Shown: positions 7,025 through 14,879 of the stretch, in pieces
Position numbering within the stretch: the stretch's first letter is position 1
How the letters are laid out: each line of letters begins with the position of its first letter
From: a virus
Taxonomy: Duplodnaviria > Caudoviricetes
IMG/VR virus record: IMGVR_UViG_3300005805_000010
Coordinates: 1 to 33,896 of that record
Direction: 5' to 3' (one strand)
DNA length: 33,896 nt
Made by a program: the position numbers and the translations under genes
The notes under the pieces: generated by a model
What the model was told of the DNA's origin: nothing
Databases searched by the model: none
What the model saw: the letters and a program-made list of their open reading frames with translations, nothing else

Positions 7025-7354
7025 ATGAAAGATATTTTAAACATGAGCCACGTCGCTAGTGTTGGAGTGATCGCAATTCAAGACGCTAAGACTAACGACA
7101 TTGTCGGCAAAATAATCTCTCAGTTTAATGACAGCGGCACCGCAACAACTAAGGTTTATATCCACAGCGGAGCACTAGCCGATTTAGAGCTGAAACAAAA
7201 GTCATGTGGTGGCAGCGGATACAACAAACTGCACTCGAATCTCATGTCGATATTTTGTGACCATTTCGAGTATCAAGATTGTAAAGAGCTTGAGGCGGGT
7301 TCCTTAAACGCTTTCTTTAACCGCCACGGCTACTCTGTTTTTACACTTTTATAG
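7025..7354 (+). CDS. Hypothetical protein
   Basis: RBS AAAGGGATAT-ATG; first gene after the promoter. Confidence 0.75.
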   Translation: MKDILNMSHVASVGVIAIQDAKTNDIVGKIISQFNDSGTATTKVYIHSGALADLELKQKSCGGSGYNKLHSNLMSIFCDHFEYQDCKELEAGSLNAFFNRHGYSVFTLL

Positions 7355-7363
7355 GATGACTTT

Positions 7364-7681
7364 ATGAAAACACTACTACTAACCGCACTATTTATCCCGT
7401 CCGTTGCCATGGCTCAAAACTACGGCGATTGGTACGGCAATGACATCGACGAGTACGCACCCCGAAACAACGAGCTAAACATAGGCGTTCAACCTGTGTT
7501 GCCGGTCCCCAACAACGGCGGTCCTTGGAATACAGGCTGGAGCGTAGTCACCACTGAACGGGAAGTGGTTGACCCGTTTGCGAGAGCCCAAGGTAGGACC
7601 GGAGCGACCAAACGGGAGACTATTCAAAAGGTAGTTCCTAACGATGCTCTTGGTAATCCGATCAAGGGTTTTGATTGGTAA
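7364..7681 (+). CDS. Secreted hypothetical protein
   Basis: Sec signal peptide MKTLLLTALFIPSVAMA. Confidence 0.75.
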   Translation: MKTLLLTALFIPSVAMAQNYGDWYGNDIDEYAPRNNELNIGVQPVLPVPNNGGPWNTGWSVVTTEREVVDPFARAQGRTGATKRETIQKVVPNDALGNPIKGFDW

Positions 7682-7750
7682 AGACGCCACTCCTTACGCT
7701 GTGAGGGGTGGAGCCTTTGTCGATTATGACAGGGTAACAAAGGGGAATAT

Positions 7751-7951
7751 ATGAAATTGATGATGAATATAGGAAAGCTGTTGCTAGGCTGTATCTTACT
7801 TAGTTGTTCAGCATGTACCGGCATGGAAGTCGGCGGCAAGCTATGGGTAAGCCGTGTCGATGAGCGCCAGGAGTCACAAGCCACCCACAACGTGCCATTG
7901 AAATGCTATTTGTGGTCAGACTGTGGGAAACCTGTGGATAACTTAAAGTAA
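7751..7951 (+). CDS. Small lipoprotein-like protein
   Basis: Hydrophobic leader ending in lipobox-like LLSC/CSAC; strong RBS. Confidence 0.65.
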   Translation: MKLMMNIGKLLLGCILLSCSACTGMEVGGKLWVSRVDERQESQATHNVPLKCYLWSDCGKPVDNLK

Positions 7952-7963
7952 GGGGAGAACATC

Positions 7964-8125
7964 ATGAAAGCTATTAAAGAATTACTTTTCACACCTACCG
8001 GCATCGCTATCACTGTGCTCCACGTCGCTTTCTTCGTTGGAGTCGTCACCTGCACAATAGGCGTTCGTGTCTATGTGTTAGGCGATGACCCTACCCAAGC
8101 AGTTAAAACGGTAACACGGCGATGA
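7964..8125 (+). CDS. 53-aa membrane protein (not in the ORF track)
   Basis: GGGGAG RBS; MKAIKELLFTPTGIAITVLHVAFFVGVVTCTIGVRVYVLGDDPTQAVKTVTRR; ATGA overlap with the SLT gene. Confidence 0.7.
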   Translation: MKAIKELLFTPTGIAITVLHVAFFVGVVTCTIGVRVYVLGDDPTQAVKTVTRR

Positions 8126-8607
8126 GCCAGGATACCTGCGGCGGCTGGTTATGCGCCGCAATCGCTTTAGTCGCTTGCTGTACCGCTTTACCTGAGACGG
8201 TTGTCTATCATCAGGCTAGGTTACTAAAGCGCCCTGTAGAGCCTTCTAGGGGGCTTATAGAGGCAGAGGTAACCAGAGCGGCACAGGCTTTTGATTTAGA
8301 GCCTAGACTCCTACACGCCTTGGTACGGGTTGAGTCAGGTTACAAGCAGAAAGCAGAGTCTAGGGTAGGTGCCAGAGGTCTAAGCCAGGTCATGCCGGCT
8401 AATGCTAAGCGATGCGGCTTAGAGCGTGAGCAGTTATGGGATGCCGTTGCCAACGTAAGATGCGGCGCTCTCATATTGAGACAGGAGCTTGACAGGCTAG
8501 GCGATTTATCGGCTGCACTGACCGTCTACAACTGCGGCAAAGTTAATTGCAAGGAAGGTAAACAATATGCACAAAAGGTTCTTGCACTATCAACACTCGT
8601 GAGATAA
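8122..8607 (+). CDS. Lytic transglycosylase (SLT family) with hydrophobic N-terminus
   Basis: ALVRVESG (catalytic Glu), GARGLSQVMP, VYNCG. Confidence 0.9.
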   Translation: MSQDTCGGWLCAAIALVACCTALPETVVYHQARLLKRPVEPSRGLIEAEVTRAAQAFDLEPRLLHALVRVESGYKQKAESRVGARGLSQVMPANAKRCGLEREQLWDAVANVRCGALILRQELDRLGDLSAALTVYNCGKVNCKEGKQYAQKVLALSTLVR

Positions 8608-8638
8608 TGTGTGCACACCTGTTAAGAAGGGAGGATAT

Positions 8639-8878
8639 ATGAAAGTGATACAAGCACAGTTTCCAGACTACATATTAGAGCATCAAGGCGTGGAGTTTAC
8701 CGTAAGAGGTAAATTTACATCAGATGGACGACTCTATTTTGACCCGTATGTCGGCTGGAACAATCTGTCAGCAATGACAAACAACGATACCGAAAGTTTA
8801 AATGATGCAATCGACGATTGTATTTACAACGCAACACCAGAAGTTTACGAGTATTTCGAGGTAACAGATCATGACTAA
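8639..8878 (+). CDS. Hypothetical protein
   Basis: GGAGGATAT-ATG at 8639. Confidence 0.7.
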   Translation: MKVIQAQFPDYILEHQGVEFTVRGKFTSDGRLYFDPYVGWNNLSAMTNNDTESLNDAIDDCIYNATPEVYEYFEVTDHD

Positions 8879-9668
8879 AGAACTGACAATTACAAACAAC
8901 ACGCCAACACTTGATATGCTTAACGCTTTGCGTAACAGCGTAGCACCGGGGCTCACTGATGCAGAGTTTCAGCTATTCGGTGAAATAGTACGAAGCACAG
9001 GGCTTAATCCTATCACTAAAGAGGTGTGGGCAATCAAAGCAGGTGGACGCTTACAGCTGATGACAGGCATCAACGGATTCTTAAAGATTGCAAACTCGCA
9101 TCCGCAGTATGACGGGATGGAAGTAGAGTATGAGTGGGATGGTAAGAACTTATTGGCTGCAACAGCTAAGGTTTACCGCAAGGACAGGCGGTTCCCATCA
9201 GTCGCTACGGCTTACATGGCTGAATATTGCAAACCTAGTCCGATATGGAAGCAGATGCCAAGCGTAATGCTTGCAAAGTGTGCAAAGAGTTTAGCCATCC
9301 GTGAGGCGTTCATTCAAGAGTTAGGTGGGCTCTACACAGCCGAAGAAATGCCAAGCAATTACGCTCATCAGGCAATCATCGTTCCGAACGATGACGAGGA
9401 GCTTGTAGTAAGCAAAAAGACAGGCGAAATCCTTGGTATCCAAAAGATAGCCAAGGAAGATATAGACGCAGTTAAGAAACGTGCAGTCACGACCTACTAC
9501 GACATCAGCACCATCGACGATTCAAAGCGATCAGCGGCAGTAGATTATCTTGTTGGGGCTGACGCGATAGAGATAGAGCCCAACATCTGGCGGTCGAGCA
9601 TCCGACTAGGAAAACTTACTCAATATATCAAGGAAGGTTATGAGCCTGTTCAAACGGAAAGCAATTAG
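8871..9668 (+). CDS. bet: Bet/RecT-family single-strand annealing recombinase
   Basis: TDAEFQLF...GLNPITKEVWAIK...TGINGFLKIA...WKQMPSVMLAKCAKSLAIREAF. Confidence 0.9.
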   Translation: MTKELTITNNTPTLDMLNALRNSVAPGLTDAEFQLFGEIVRSTGLNPITKEVWAIKAGGRLQLMTGINGFLKIANSHPQYDGMEVEYEWDGKNLLAATAKVYRKDRRFPSVATAYMAEYCKPSPIWKQMPSVMLAKCAKSLAIREAFIQELGGLYTAEEMPSNYAHQAIIVPNDDEELVVSKKTGEILGIQKIAKEDIDAVKKRAVTTYYDISTIDDSKRSAAVDYLVGADAIEIEPNIWRSSIRLGKLTQYIKEGYEPVQTESN

Positions 9669-9697
9669 GTTAAGGGCAAGAGCCCAATGGAGTGTAT

Positions 9698-9880
9698 ATG
9701 AGCAAAAAGAAAGAAACCAAACCAAAAGCCAAAAAGATTCGCGACGGATTCGTGCGATACACTCTGTATATCCGAGAAGAATATCTGAGTTATTTGAAAA
9801 CCTACGCCGACAACAAACGGGTGTGGATGACTGACGCAATCGATGAAGCTCTTGAGGTATTCATTGAAGACGATAAGTGA
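9698..9880 (+). CDS. Ribbon-helix-helix DNA-binding protein
   Basis: RYTLYIREEYLSYLKTYA...MTDAIDEAL; GGAG RBS. Confidence 0.7.
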   Translation: MSKKKETKPKAKKIRDGFVRYTLYIREEYLSYLKTYADNKRVWMTDAIDEALEVFIEDDK

Positions 9881-10073
9881 CCTACACACAGAACTAAGCC
9901 GCATCATCGACACTTTCGAGAGCGAAGAGATACTTTCTCAGTTTGAACTCGGACAAGTTGATGCTCTGCGGTGGATCAAGCAAACTATTGAAGAGGATTA
10001 TGGGACAGAGGATAGGAGCCTTCAAAGCAAAAAACGCCCAGTTAATAATCTGGGAAAACAACGGTCGGCTTAG
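9843..10073 (+). CDS. Hypothetical protein (start uncertain)
   Basis: Fills the gap between neighbours; protein-like sequence. Confidence 0.5.
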   Translation: MKLLRYSLKTISDLHTELSRIIDTFESEEILSQFELGQVDALRWIKQTIEEDYGTEDRSLQSKKRPVNNLGKQRSA

Positions 10074-10311
10074 CTTTGAGTTTGGCAAACATTACAAAGA
10101 CAAGGCGACTGATCAGTGGAAAGAAACTAAGACTCTCTACATTGAAGAACTACGAGAAGTAGGCGAGATGTTTCTGAGAGCGGCAACATGGGCAGCTAAC
10201 AAACAAGGCGTTGTGCAGCTACCCAAAAACACAGAAACAGCAAAAGCAGTTGTAGAAAACGTTATAGACAAGATGAAGGAAAGGTATGAGCGGTCCAGTC
10301 AAGACAATTAG
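10000..10311 (+). CDS. Putative ssDNA-binding protein, paralogue 1
   Basis: GAGG RBS; IWEN...KHYKDKATDQWKETK aligns with the next gene. Confidence 0.65.
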   Translation: MGQRIGAFKAKNAQLIIWENNGRLSFEFGKHYKDKATDQWKETKTLYIEELREVGEMFLRAATWAANKQGVVQLPKNTETAKAVVENVIDKMKERYERSSQDN

Positions 10312-10576
10312 AGACAAAGGTTTACAGATTGCAATTTGGGAAACTCAAAACGGCGGTTATAGTTTCAGCATCAGCAAAACTTACAAGTGTAAGAAAACGG
10401 ATCAGTGGAAAGACTCGAAATACTTTTACAAAGAGGATCTACAGAAACTTGGTGACATGATTCAGCTTGCGGTTGGTTATGCTAGTGACAGAGCAACGCA
10501 TCAGGAAGCAGCGATTGCATCACCAAAGCAAGAAGCAAAGTATGAAGCATTTGGGGATGATGATATTCCGTTTTAA
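10286..10576 (+). CDS. Putative ssDNA-binding protein, paralogue 2, with SSB-type tail
   Basis: IWET...KTYKCKKTDQWKDSK; C-terminus GDDDIPF. Confidence 0.75.
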   Translation: MSGPVKTIRDKGLQIAIWETQNGGYSFSISKTYKCKKTDQWKDSKYFYKEDLQKLGDMIQLAVGYASDRATHQEAAIASPKQEAKYEAFGDDDIPF

Positions 10577-10839
10577 TGAGGATTTACGAGCAAATGATAT
10601 TTACAGGGAATATGTTGGTGAGGGTAAAGGCGTACGCAGACACTCATTGGCCAGGAGACAATCAAGAGAACCGCATAGCGCAACAAAGTTATTTAGACGG
10701 CTATCAGGCGGCGTACAACATCAACGCACAAGAGTTGCTTGAGTACGGTCGCATGGTACAGCAAGACGACAAATGGATTAAGTGGCACCAGCTTATACTT
10801 GCTGTATTAGCAGGGATGTTTTTACGGGGATGGTTATGA
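10576..10839 (+). CDS. Hypothetical protein with C-terminal hydrophobic segment
   Basis: TAATG coupling; shares GYQAA with the next two genes. Confidence 0.65.
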   Translation: MRIYEQMIFTGNMLVRVKAYADTHWPGDNQENRIAQQSYLDGYQAAYNINAQELLEYGRMVQQDDKWIKWHQLILAVLAGMFLRGWL

Positions 10840-11153
10840 CTAAAACACCTGAACAGTTGGCAGAGGAGTATACAAGCAGCATTACGCGAGAATCAGAGCG
10901 GTTTATTCGTTCAGATGTGGAATACGCCTTTTATGCTGGCTACCAAGCCGCACAACAATGGATCAGCGTTAAGGAGCGGCTGCCGGAGGAATCAACGCAT
11001 TGCGTTATAAGAATTGACGATGGGGAATATCAAGTTGCATGGAGAGAAAACGGACATTGGATTATGTTTAATCCTTGTTGCATTTATAATTCTCAACTGA
11101 ACAATGTCACCCATTGGATGCCGCTGCCTGCTGCACCGAAAGAGGAAGTATGA
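10836..11153 (+). CDS. DUF551-like protein, copy 1
   Basis: WISVKERLP...VTHWMPLP. Confidence 0.85.
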   Translation: MTKTPEQLAEEYTSSITRESERFIRSDVEYAFYAGYQAAQQWISVKERLPEESTHCVIRIDDGEYQVAWRENGHWIMFNPCCIYNSQLNNVTHWMPLPAAPKEEV

Positions 11154-11587
11154 AAACACCTGAGCAGATGGCACTGGAATACATAAAAGACGTAGAAACA
11201 GCTCGCAATCCAAGCGTAACTGCTACGGCGTTTCCGCAAATGCAACGATGCTTCCTTGCTGGCTACCAAGCTGCAATGAACTCTCCAGAAAAGCAGGATA
11301 CCTGCGAGTATATTCTCGATATGAAGAAGATGGTGGATGTGAACCCTTCTAGCGGGTGGATCAGCGTTAAGGAGCGGCTGCCGGAAATTCCAGAGAATGA
11401 CTACAGCAATCGTGTTCTATTGCTTAGAGCAGATAGATTTATAGTAATTGCCAGAATAGAAAAATGTGTTCGATTTGTGCGTCCTCTTCAGGAAACCTTG
11501 ATTGTTGAAACTGACAACGGGGACCCAATTGAAGAGTTCACCCACTGGATGCCGCTACCTAGTGTTGAGGGATTGAAGGATGAGTAA
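11150..11587 (+). CDS. DUF551-like protein, copy 2
   Basis: WISVKERLP...FTHWMPLP; GAGG RBS and ATGA overlap. Confidence 0.85.
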   Translation: MKTPEQMALEYIKDVETARNPSVTATAFPQMQRCFLAGYQAAMNSPEKQDTCEYILDMKKMVDVNPSSGWISVKERLPEIPENDYSNRVLLLRADRFIVIARIEKCVRFVRPLQETLIVETDNGDPIEEFTHWMPLPSVEGLKDE

Positions 11588-11963
11588 GCGTCGTATAATC
11601 AAGACCCGTGGAAACATGCCATCACACACACGGATTCGAGAGCATTGGGGGCCGCGTCTGTGGAAGTTAAAGGGGTTCGATAGCCTTGCCGAGTTCCTTT
11701 GTGGTGATTACTGCTTCGCTTGCGGCTTTGACAACAACGGAAGCACCACGGAACGAGCCCACATCCTTGCCCTGTGTTCTGGTGGCAACAATCAACCGAG
11801 CAATCTGCACTGCTTGTGCTCACTCTGCCACAAAAACAGCGAACACCTAAATGGGGATCTGTACTGGGATTGGTTCAATAAGCGTACTGTGATGGATCGC
11901 ATCTTGAGTAAGGCAGCGCAAAGCGGATTTAATCTGTGGAGCATATTCTCAGAGCGTCAGTGA
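11580..11963 (+). CDS. Zinc-binding HNH endonuclease
   Basis: CFAC...ERAHI...GGNNQPSNLHCLCSLCHK. Confidence 0.85.
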   Translation: MSKRRIIKTRGNMPSHTRIREHWGPRLWKLKGFDSLAEFLCGDYCFACGFDNNGSTTERAHILALCSGGNNQPSNLHCLCSLCHKNSEHLNGDLYWDWFNKRTVMDRILSKAAQSGFNLWSIFSERQ

Positions 11964-11991
11964 CACCACGCAACAAGACATCGGAGGAAAA

Positions 11992-12540
11992 ATGAGAAAC
12001 ACACTGGTCGGCGAGTTACCTCGGCATCTCTACTGCTACGTTGATAGTCGCTACACTCATCAAGAGCCTACAGGCTTCATCCCTTGCGTATGGTTTGGGT
12101 TAGTATCTTACCCTGGCCGCACCTGGGGATGTACCGTCATGCTTGAATCTGGGGCGATATACCGCAATGTACCGGCTCATGGCTTAGCGTTCACAATGCC
12201 GACACCAACATGGACGCCAAAAGAGGCACAGCATTGGGACTGCTACGGAGAGGACTTCACATGCTTGGAGTACACATACCTTAGCGGCTTAACCTGCAAG
12301 ACTAAGGCTAATGGTAAAGAACACAAAGGCGTTTACCTTTTTACCGTTGCACCTGTTGGCGATGCTTTCTCAGCTTATCCTGAGCAAGCTAAAGAGTTCT
12401 GCTTCATTCAGCTTGAGAACGGACGCCTTACCATACAACCTACAAACCATGTTGTATTTCAAGAGTTGAGTTTCACAGATGAGAACTTTACGTTTCCTTC
12501 TGGCCTAAATAGACAAACTGATATTTACTCCGCAGAGTAA
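11992..12540 (+). CDS. Hypothetical phage protein
   Basis: GGAGG RBS; 182-aa ORF. Confidence 0.75.
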   Translation: MRNTLVGELPRHLYCYVDSRYTHQEPTGFIPCVWFGLVSYPGRTWGCTVMLESGAIYRNVPAHGLAFTMPTPTWTPKEAQHWDCYGEDFTCLEYTYLSGLTCKTKANGKEHKGVYLFTVAPVGDAFSAYPEQAKEFCFIQLENGRLTIQPTNHVVFQELSFTDENFTFPSGLNRQTDIYSAE

Positions 12541-12728
12541 TGGGCATTGAACACCGCATGAAAGATGAATCAAACACAGATTACTGGAAATGTCCTCACT
12601 GCAATGCTGTTGGGGAAATGGATACCTCAATCACTGTTTGCTTAGAGTGCGGGGAAGGAGCTCACCCTGCGGAACACGGCGCTACCTGGTCAGACTTCTG
12701 GGAATACTGCAACACCCTTAAAACTTAG
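12540..12728 (+). CDS. Zinc-ribbon protein
   Basis: CPHC...CLEC. Confidence 0.7.
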   Translation: MGIEHRMKDESNTDYWKCPHCNAVGEMDTSITVCLECGEGAHPAEHGATWSDFWEYCNTLKT

Positions 12729-12764
12729 CTTGCAGAAATAACTACCATCAGTCACACTCTTGAC

Positions 12765-13028
12765 ATGCCGAGGGAAAGCAACATCCGTAAAAGCCTTGAG
12801 CGTCAGGTTACTCTCAACAAACCCTTTCGTACCCCAGGTGAGAGCAAGAAGTTTGCTGTCTACGTCAAAAACGAGAACGGTAACGTCATCAAGGTACGCT
12901 TTGGTGATCCAAACATGAAGATTCGTAAGAACGAGCCTGAGCGCCGTAAGTCATTTCGAGCTAGGCATAACTGCGAAAACCCAGGACCAAAGACTAAAGC
13001 CCGATACTGGTCCTGTCGTAATTGGTAA
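12765..13028 (+). CDS. Basic phage protein of unknown function
   Basis: KKFAVYV...VRFGDPNM...RRKSFRARHNC...ARYWSC, a motif set I recall from aquatic phage proteins. Confidence 0.75.
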   Translation: MPRESNIRKSLERQVTLNKPFRTPGESKKFAVYVKNENGNVIKVRFGDPNMKIRKNEPERRKSFRARHNCENPGPKTKARYWSCRNW

Positions 13029-13030
13029 CT

Positions 13031-13339
13031 ATGGTAAACTCTCGTGCCAAAGGCGCTCGTGCAGAGCGTGAACTAGCCAATCGCCTCAAAGAATATGGCT
13101 TTCAAGCTCACCGAACACAGCAGTTTTGTGGTAAAGCTGGTGACTCAGATGTCGAGTGTACTGAGCTAGCTCATTATCACATCGAGTGTAAAATGGTAGA
13201 AGCCTTAAACATCGACAAGGCTATCGACCAAGCCACAAGAGATTGTGGGGGCCGAACGCCCATCGTTGTGCATCGTAAGAACAACCGTCCGTGGTTGGTG
13301 ACGATGTACTTAGAAGATTGGCTTAAACTGCAGAAATGA
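13031..13339 (+). CDS. Holliday junction resolvase-like PD-(D/E)XK nuclease
   Basis: NSRAKGARAEREL...SDV...HIECK. Confidence 0.8.
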   Translation: MVNSRAKGARAERELANRLKEYGFQAHRTQQFCGKAGDSDVECTELAHYHIECKMVEALNIDKAIDQATRDCGGRTPIVVHRKNNRPWLVTMYLEDWLKLQK

Positions 13340-13677
13340 AAGATTACGATTTTACTTTGTTAAGCCTAGATACAGCACCCAACGTACCACCAGAGTACAT
13401 TTTATGGTTGGCAGTAATCGATAGAGCTATCGTTGACTACGTTCGATGGTATGACGAACTAAACATCAAGCATCGAAACTCTCTTAACTGGTTTTTATTT
13501 GAGGAAAAACCAAGTCCAAATAACTTACAATATCTATCTGAAATGCTTTTTGACGATCACGAAGTCGCTGACACCATCCGACGGAGAGTAAAAGCGTTAC
13601 TTGCGGATCCCGATGAACAACGATTGATTAAATATAATCAAAGTCGTTACAGACGAGTAAAAAACAGACTTACTTAG
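13336..13677 (+). CDS. Hypothetical protein, last gene of the + strand operon
   Basis: ATGA overlap; LWLAVIDRAIVDY helical motif. Confidence 0.7.
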   Translation: MKDYDFTLLSLDTAPNVPPEYILWLAVIDRAIVDYVRWYDELNIKHRNSLNWFLFEEKPSPNNLQYLSEMLFDDHEVADTIRRRVKALLADPDEQRLIKYNQSRYRRVKNRLT

Positions 13678-13858
13678 GTCGTTTCTTCTTATCGACCAAA
13701 CTCCAAGCCTGAGAGACGCCATACAAAACAGCACCAGCTACAACAGGCTCAGCAGCGGTTACTAGGTTTGCGGCGTCCCTCTCTTCGATGCCGAAGGTCA
13801 ATAAACCACCAGCGGCTAACGTGAGCAAATGTCGGACGATTGATAGAATGATTGGCAT
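13670..13858 (-). CDS. Putative holin
   Basis: 62 aa with two hydrophobic segments and a basic C-terminus; AAGGAG RBS; end of the late operon. Confidence 0.6.
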   Translation of the reverse strand: MPIILSIVRHLLTLAAGGLLTFGIEERDAANLVTAAEPVVAGAVLYGVSQAWSLVDKKKRPK

Positions 13859-14640
13859 AGTATCTCCTTTGTCTTTTCAAAGTACCGCTGATTAAACTTA
13901 CAGTCTCTTTGTCTAGGGTCTATAAAGCTGCCCCTACTGCAATTCATCCATGGTTCCCAGTAATACCTTAACTCACAATTACGGGACCGTCTTGCCCATT
14001 TATTGACGTTTAAAACGGCACCATCAGTACCGTCCATGTCAACTATACAAGGTGCAACTGCTCTAGGATTGCCTCCATGTGATTCACAGACGTTTCCTTT
14101 GAGACAATGTTGCCTGTAAGGATTGTCCACCAAAACACAATTAGGCAAAGCAACAGATACCCTATCAGCCAAAACTCTTCGTGCTCGTCCATTCAAATCG
14201 CACTCCAAACAAGGACTAACAAAGCAGCTAAGGTTACCCTTAGCCTTTCCTAGCCGCTCTGTCGTCTTAGCTAATACCTTATTGAACCGCCTATTAAGCC
14301 TGGACTCAGGGATATGCACCGCCCTACTAGCTGATGCCTTGTTGTAACCCCAAAGCACCTCATACCGTCCACACCGCTTATTCCTCATGCAAGGTGAGTT
14401 TATAAGGTGCACCCGCACCACCTTGTCTCTACGGTGCTTTAAAAGCCTGTCAGCACACTTACAATCAGGAGCAAAGGTTTGCTCTAGCCAACCTATCTCT
14501 AGCGGCTCAAAGCCCTTATAGAGCTTTACAGTGGCAGCACAGTTCCAATCCTTATGGCAAAGAGCTAACAAACTAGGTGCTGCAATAGCTATCGGTGCCC
14601 ATATAGATACTAATAGTATCGTTACGAGCACTCTCATCAT
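13816..14640 (-). CDS. Secreted cysteine-rich basic protein
   Basis: Signal peptide ending AIA-A; 18 Cys in 274 aa. Confidence 0.75.
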   Translation of the reverse strand: MMRVLVTILLVSIWAPIAIAAPSLLALCHKDWNCAATVKLYKGFEPLEIGWLEQTFAPDCKCADRLLKHRRDKVVRVHLINSPCMRNKRCGRYEVLWGYNKASASRAVHIPESRLNRRFNKVLAKTTERLGKAKGNLSCFVSPCLECDLNGRARRVLADRVSVALPNCVLVDNPYRQHCLKGNVCESHGGNPRAVAPCIVDMDGTDGAVLNVNKWARRSRNCELRYYWEPWMNCSRGSFIDPRQRDCKFNQRYFEKTKEILCQSFYQSSDICSR

Positions 14641-14879
14641 TTGTCGAGCACCCTGTCTAGCTTCTGCTCTATGCGTTCAAGCCGCTGCTTAATCAGGCTC
14701 AACTCAGCCTGTATCACCTGCACTTCCATGGTGACCTTATATTTACTCTGCTCAAGCTCATGCAGAGAATTCTTTACCGACCTATAGTCCAAGCCAACAA
14801 TGCTAATCACAACGCCAATAGCAGCTTTAATCAGCATATCCAGCCAATAGCGAAGTTGGGTAAAATCTCCTTCCGTCAA
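14637..14879 (-). CDS. Single-TM coiled-coil protein (holin/lysis accessory-like)
   Basis: Hydrophobic AAIGVVISIVGL followed by heptads; overlaps both neighbours. Confidence 0.65.
   Translation of the reverse strand: MTEGDFTQLRYWLDMLIKAAIGVVISIVGLDYRSVKNSLHELEQSKYKVTMEVQVIQAELSLIKQRLERIEQKLDRVLDK

Noticed and set aside
8582-8608. TTGCAC...GATAAT promoter before 8639
   Set aside because: Spacer is only 15 nt; too weak to call
9640-9834. 64-aa + ORF overlapping the bet end
   Set aside because: The RHH ORF at 9698 has the better RBS and a recognisable fold
10836-11587. Diversity-generating retroelement template/variable repeat pair
   Set aside because: No reverse transcriptase in the genome; the similarity is in short blocks rather than adenine-specific mismatches
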